Source: Methanococcus maripaludis (GTDB lineage Archaea > AGJL01 > Methanococci > Methanococcales > Methanococcaceae). From it: DNA of 32,000 nt. Position numbers and translations under genes: made by a program. Where the stretch lies: contig NZ_CP026606.1 of assembly GCF_002945325.1 (NCBI RefSeq), positions 780,001-812,000 on the forward strand, in the 5' to 3' direction. The notes beneath the pieces were generated by a model that saw only the letters and a program-made list of their open reading frames with translations, did no database searches and was not told where the DNA came from. This document shows, piece after piece, positions 29,196-32,000 of the stretch. Positions within the stretch are counted from its first letter, which is position 1. Each line of letters begins with the position of its first letter.

Positions 29196-31212
29196 CCTTC
29201 ATTCGATAGGTTCCAGCGCTTATTTCTTCGATATCTCCAAATCCAATCAATTTATCAATTAGTTTTACAGCTTTACCGTCTGAAATATCGTATTCGAGCG
29301 CTCTTTTGATAATTGAAATTTTTTTAGCTAGATTGTGCTCACTATTTTCACATTGGAGCCGTATAATATCATAAACAACATTTAATTCGTTTCTTTCAAC
29401 CTTTGAATTTCCAAAGAGTCGATCAATGTCAAAAGACTTAGTTTTTTGGTCGTATGCAACTTCTTTTAAGGACTCAGTCATCAGATAAATTGCAAATTTA
29501 GCGTCTTCCTCTTCAACTAGATCTTTTAATTTAAGTTTAGCATGAGCTTCTGAGAGCCTCACAAGTGCTTCGAGCTGTCTTGCGGTGATTTGAACAGAAG
29601 ATTTTCTTAAATCAAGATAAAAGTCGTGAATTACCTGTTTAGACTCTTTTGTAAATTTAGGGGTTTTTTGCCTTGCATATGCAATGTATTTGCAGAAAAA
29701 ATCAAAATCTATTTTTATTTCGTCAATTATTTCGTAAAATAAACCGATTTCTTTGTTTTTTGAGTCATCCATGTATGCAATATGCGTATCTAAAATATGG
29801 TTTGCAATTTCGCTGTCTCTTTTTCTATTCGGAGTGTCTTTTATTGGGAATATCAGATCAAATCTGCTTAATAGTGGAGCTGGAATATTGATCTGTTCAA
29901 TTACAGGGATATTTTTGTCATATCTTCCATATTTTGGATTACAAGCGGCTAAAATTGAACATCCTGCTGGAAGTTTTGTATTAAGTCCGCCTTTACTGAC
30001 ATGTATTGTCTGAGACTCCATTGCTTCTAGAATATATGATAAAACACTTCTTTCAACGGTTAATTCATCAAGACATGCAGTACCGCCGTTTGCTTTTACT
30101 AATACTCCTGGTTTTATGACCCAAGTACTGTCTCCAATTTCAGTTTTTTCCTGGACCACACCAGCTGTCAACCCAACTCCTGAAGCAGTTGAAATCGAGC
30201 TGTAAACACAACCTGGAACTCCAGCAATGAATCTTAAAATATCACTTTTTCCAGTTCCAGGATCCGTTATTAATAAAATATGGCTGTCTGCTCGTTTTTT
30301 TCCTTTTTTAACACCTCTGACCTGCTGTAAGAGAATAGATTGCTTTATTATCTCGTTTCCTTTGATTTGTGGTGCAATTCTTCCCGAAAGAATGTTTAAA
30401 ACGTCTTTGTTTTTTGCGAGACTTTCAAACTGTTTAATTTCATTTTCAGTGAATGATACATCCAGTTTTTCGGTTACTGGTTCGCAATTGTATCCTCCGA
30501 TTAAAATGTCATGAAGCGGGATTTTCTTATTTTTCTGGTTTTTTATTGGAATTCCCGTGACTTTGATCCGTCCGCAGTAGATTCCGGGCGTGTATTCGAG
30601 TAATACACTTATGAATTTTGGAGGATCTTCGGGATCATCCATTAAATCCAACGGCTGCTGAATTTTTAGTTCCTGGTAATCTACATATTTTGATTCTTCA
30701 TCCAGCAGCAACATATTTTGAGAACACTTTGGACACTGGGGCCCCATGTGCATTTCAAAAGGCCTTTCAATTGTCACTTTTTTCTTCTGGCCGCATGATG
30801 CACAGACATAAACTGCTTCTTTTAGGGCCAACTTGATTTTAGTTGCCATTACAACTATTCCTTCAACTTCAACGAGTTTTCCATAATTTTCCCCCTTAAT
30901 GTCCTCGATAGTCATTGGTTTTCCGTTAGAATTTCTATTCAATGATTCTGGAAGATTTTTTACAGTAACGGTGCAGTCTGCATCAGCCATTTTGTATGAA
31001 AAATAAGCATCCGCATAAGCTTCATTTAAGAGTTCCAGTGCTGAATAGGGGTTTTCTTCCAGATAATCTAAAAATTCAAAGAAACCATAATCATGAACGT
31101 TTTTTAAATCAACTACCACTCTTTTGGTTTCAGATATTATATCATCGAGGTGAACTTCCTTAAAATACGGAACTAACCTTGACATTAACTTTGATTTTAT
31201 TTTGTCATCCAA
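29188..31212 (-). CDS. mcm: MCM-family replicative helicase (element-encoded)
   Basis: Zinc motif CASCGQ...CPKCS, Walker A TDPGTGKS, Walker B region GGTACLDEL, EAMESQTIHVSKGG, sensor 1 SILAACNPKYGRYD, arginine finger LLSRFDLIF, C-terminal wHTH region. Confidence 0.94.
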   Translation of the reverse strand: MDDKIKSKLMSRLVPYFKEVHLDDIISETKRVVVDLKNVHDYGFFEFLDYLEENPYSALELLNEAYADAYFSYKMADADCTVTVKNLPESLNRNSNGKPMTIEDIKGENYGKLVEVEGIVVMATKIKLALKEAVYVCASCGQKKKVTIERPFEMHMGPQCPKCSQNMLLLDEESKYVDYQELKIQQPLDLMDDPEDPPKFISVLLEYTPGIYCGRIKVTGIPIKNQKNKKIPLHDILIGGYNCEPVTEKLDVSFTENEIKQFESLAKNKDVLNILSGRIAPQIKGNEIIKQSILLQQVRGVKKGKKRADSHILLITDPGTGKSDILRFIAGVPGCVYSSISTASGVGLTAGVVQEKTEIGDSTWVIKPGVLVKANGGTACLDELTVERSVLSYILEAMESQTIHVSKGGLNTKLPAGCSILAACNPKYGRYDKNIPVIEQINIPAPLLSRFDLIFPIKDTPNRKRDSEIANHILDTHIAYMDDSKNKEIGLFYEIIDEIKIDFDFFCKYIAYARQKTPKFTKESKQVIHDFYLDLRKSSVQITARQLEALVRLSEAHAKLKLKDLVEEEDAKFAIYLMTESLKEVAYDQKTKSFDIDRLFGNSKVERNELNVVYDIIRLQCENSEHNLAKKISIIKRALEYDISDGKAVKLIDKLIGFGDIEEISAGTYRMKGV

Positions 31213-31224
31213 ATTAAAACCCCC

Positions 31225-31449
31225 TCACTGTTTAACATCTTTTTGAGGTTCTGGACCTTCTGTTTCGACTTTTTTAATGATTCGATCCATCAGTGCTTTT
31301 ACATCGTCGCATGCACTGATAATTCCCGGTCTAAATGCATCTTTGAAATCATCCTGGCTAGTTTCCCATAAATCAGTGTCTACAAAAACGAGTAAAAGTT
31401 TAAAAGTATTTCTTATTTCTTCAGTTTCTAATTTTATCATATTATTCAA
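31225..31449 (-). CDS. Hypothetical element protein, 74 aa
   Basis: Intact ORF with good coding composition, packed 12 bp upstream of the MCM gene. Confidence 0.65.
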   Translation of the reverse strand: MNNMIKLETEEIRNTFKLLLVFVDTDLWETSQDDFKDAFRPGIISACDDVKALMDRIIKKVETEGPEPQKDVKQ

Positions 31450-31672
31450 CCTCTTTTAACAATTGTTTAGTTAATTCTTCGTCTTCTTCAATTATGGTTA
31501 TTAAAACGGTCTTGCCGATGTATTCTTTAGGTAGTTTTGGTTCAATATTTGCAGAATTGCCGTGTTCAGCTACTTTTGCAATAAATGTCGGAAGTGCTGA
31601 TCTCGGCTTCCTCCAGGTTTTCTTCTTGACTTCTATTCTGACCACCTTTTGGATTAATTTCTTCATTTTCAA
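31442..31672 (-). CDS. Small basic protein with DUF2080-like motif
   Basis: AEHGNSANIEPKLPKEYIGKTVLITIIEE resembles the DUF2080 archaeal transposon/element-associated family (GNSA...PKEWIGKxVxVI). The exact start is uncertain. Confidence 0.6.
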   Translation of the reverse strand: MKMKKLIQKVVRIEVKKKTWRKPRSALPTFIAKVAEHGNSANIEPKLPKEYIGKTVLITIIEEDEELTKQLLKEVE

Positions 31673-32000
31673 GCTTTTTTAAAGCCTTATTCAACAATTC
31701 AATAAGCTGGAAGATTTTTTCCGTGATTTTAGGTCTTAATGATATTTTAACACGTTCAGGAGTATTTTCCCAGTCATCTGTAAACAATAGTTCTAAAATC
31801 CGGTTAAAGTTCTTCAGGTGTCCTTTTCTGCAATTTTCCGAGCTTTCTGGAACGATCGTTCTTTCCAAAAGCCTCGTTTGAAGTTCTTCAATTATCCGGT
31901 CCTTTTCTTCGAGTTCGAGATTTTTGGTTTTAATTAAAGTTTCAATTTCTCGATCTTTTTGCTTTAATTGAAATTTTAGAAGTTCATTTTCTGCAAAAAG
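31566..32000 (-). CDS. Coiled-coil hypothetical protein, N-terminus beyond window edge
   Basis: The frame of track ORF 31566-31868 stays open to position 32000: LFAENELLKFQLKQKDREIETLIKTKNLELEEKDRIIEELQTRLLERTIVPES. The TTG used by the track is therefore probably internal. Confidence 0.65.
   Translation of the reverse strand, partial: LFAENELLKFQLKQKDREIETLIKTKNLELEEKDRIIEELQTRLLERTIVPESSENCRKGHLKNFNRILELLFTDDWENTPERVKISLRPKITEKIFQLIELLNKALKKLENEEINPKGGQNRSQEENLEEAEISTSDIYCKSS

Larger units (their letters stand above)
27740..32000. mobile_element. Left end of an integrated MCM-encoding plasmid/virus-like element (continues past the window)
   Basis: tRNA 3' fragment at the boundary, tyrosine recombinase 170 bp away, then a co-oriented cassette of small ORFs and an MCM helicase. 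Confidence 0.8.

Noticed and set aside
29188-31212. Antisense ORFs 29673-30836 on the plus strand
   Set aside because: They lie opposite the MCM gene and have no independent support.
28932-31868. Defence-system island (toxin-antitoxin, restriction, CBASS-type) within the element
   Set aside because: None of the visible small ORFs carries a recognisable toxin, nuclease or cyclase motif. The visible part is integration/replication machinery; cargo may lie beyond 32 kb.

Overview
This is an AT-rich window from a methanogenic archaeon, and its gene content looks Methanococcus-like. The left and centre are ordinary chromosome: the C-terminal end of a heavy-metal P-type ATPase, an XTP/dITP pyrophosphatase, a CitG-like protein, glycyl-tRNA synthetase, a DMT transporter divergent from an XRE/cupin regulator that appears frameshifted, and an aldo/keto reductase. 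The centre also holds two probable metal/oxyanion uptake operons: ModABC, and a FecCD-type ABC transporter with MoeA-like, FmdE-like and DUF364-like genes. A YraQ-type permease sits beside a redox-disulfide protein. Positions 19.5-26 kb carry secreted and surface proteins, including a 1273-aa beta-helix protein with an S-layer-like C-terminus. From about 27.74 kb to the right edge lies the left part of an integrated mobile element. It is marked by a class II tRNA (Leu-UAA-like) 3' fragment, a tyrosine recombinase, an MCM-type helicase and several small genes. The most interesting items are this MCM element, the FmdE/MoeA/ABC operon, the large surface protein, and several perfect or near-perfect inverted repeats at predicted promoters. 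I found no CRISPR array and no clearly new defence system. All family assignments come from reading motifs; no database search was run.
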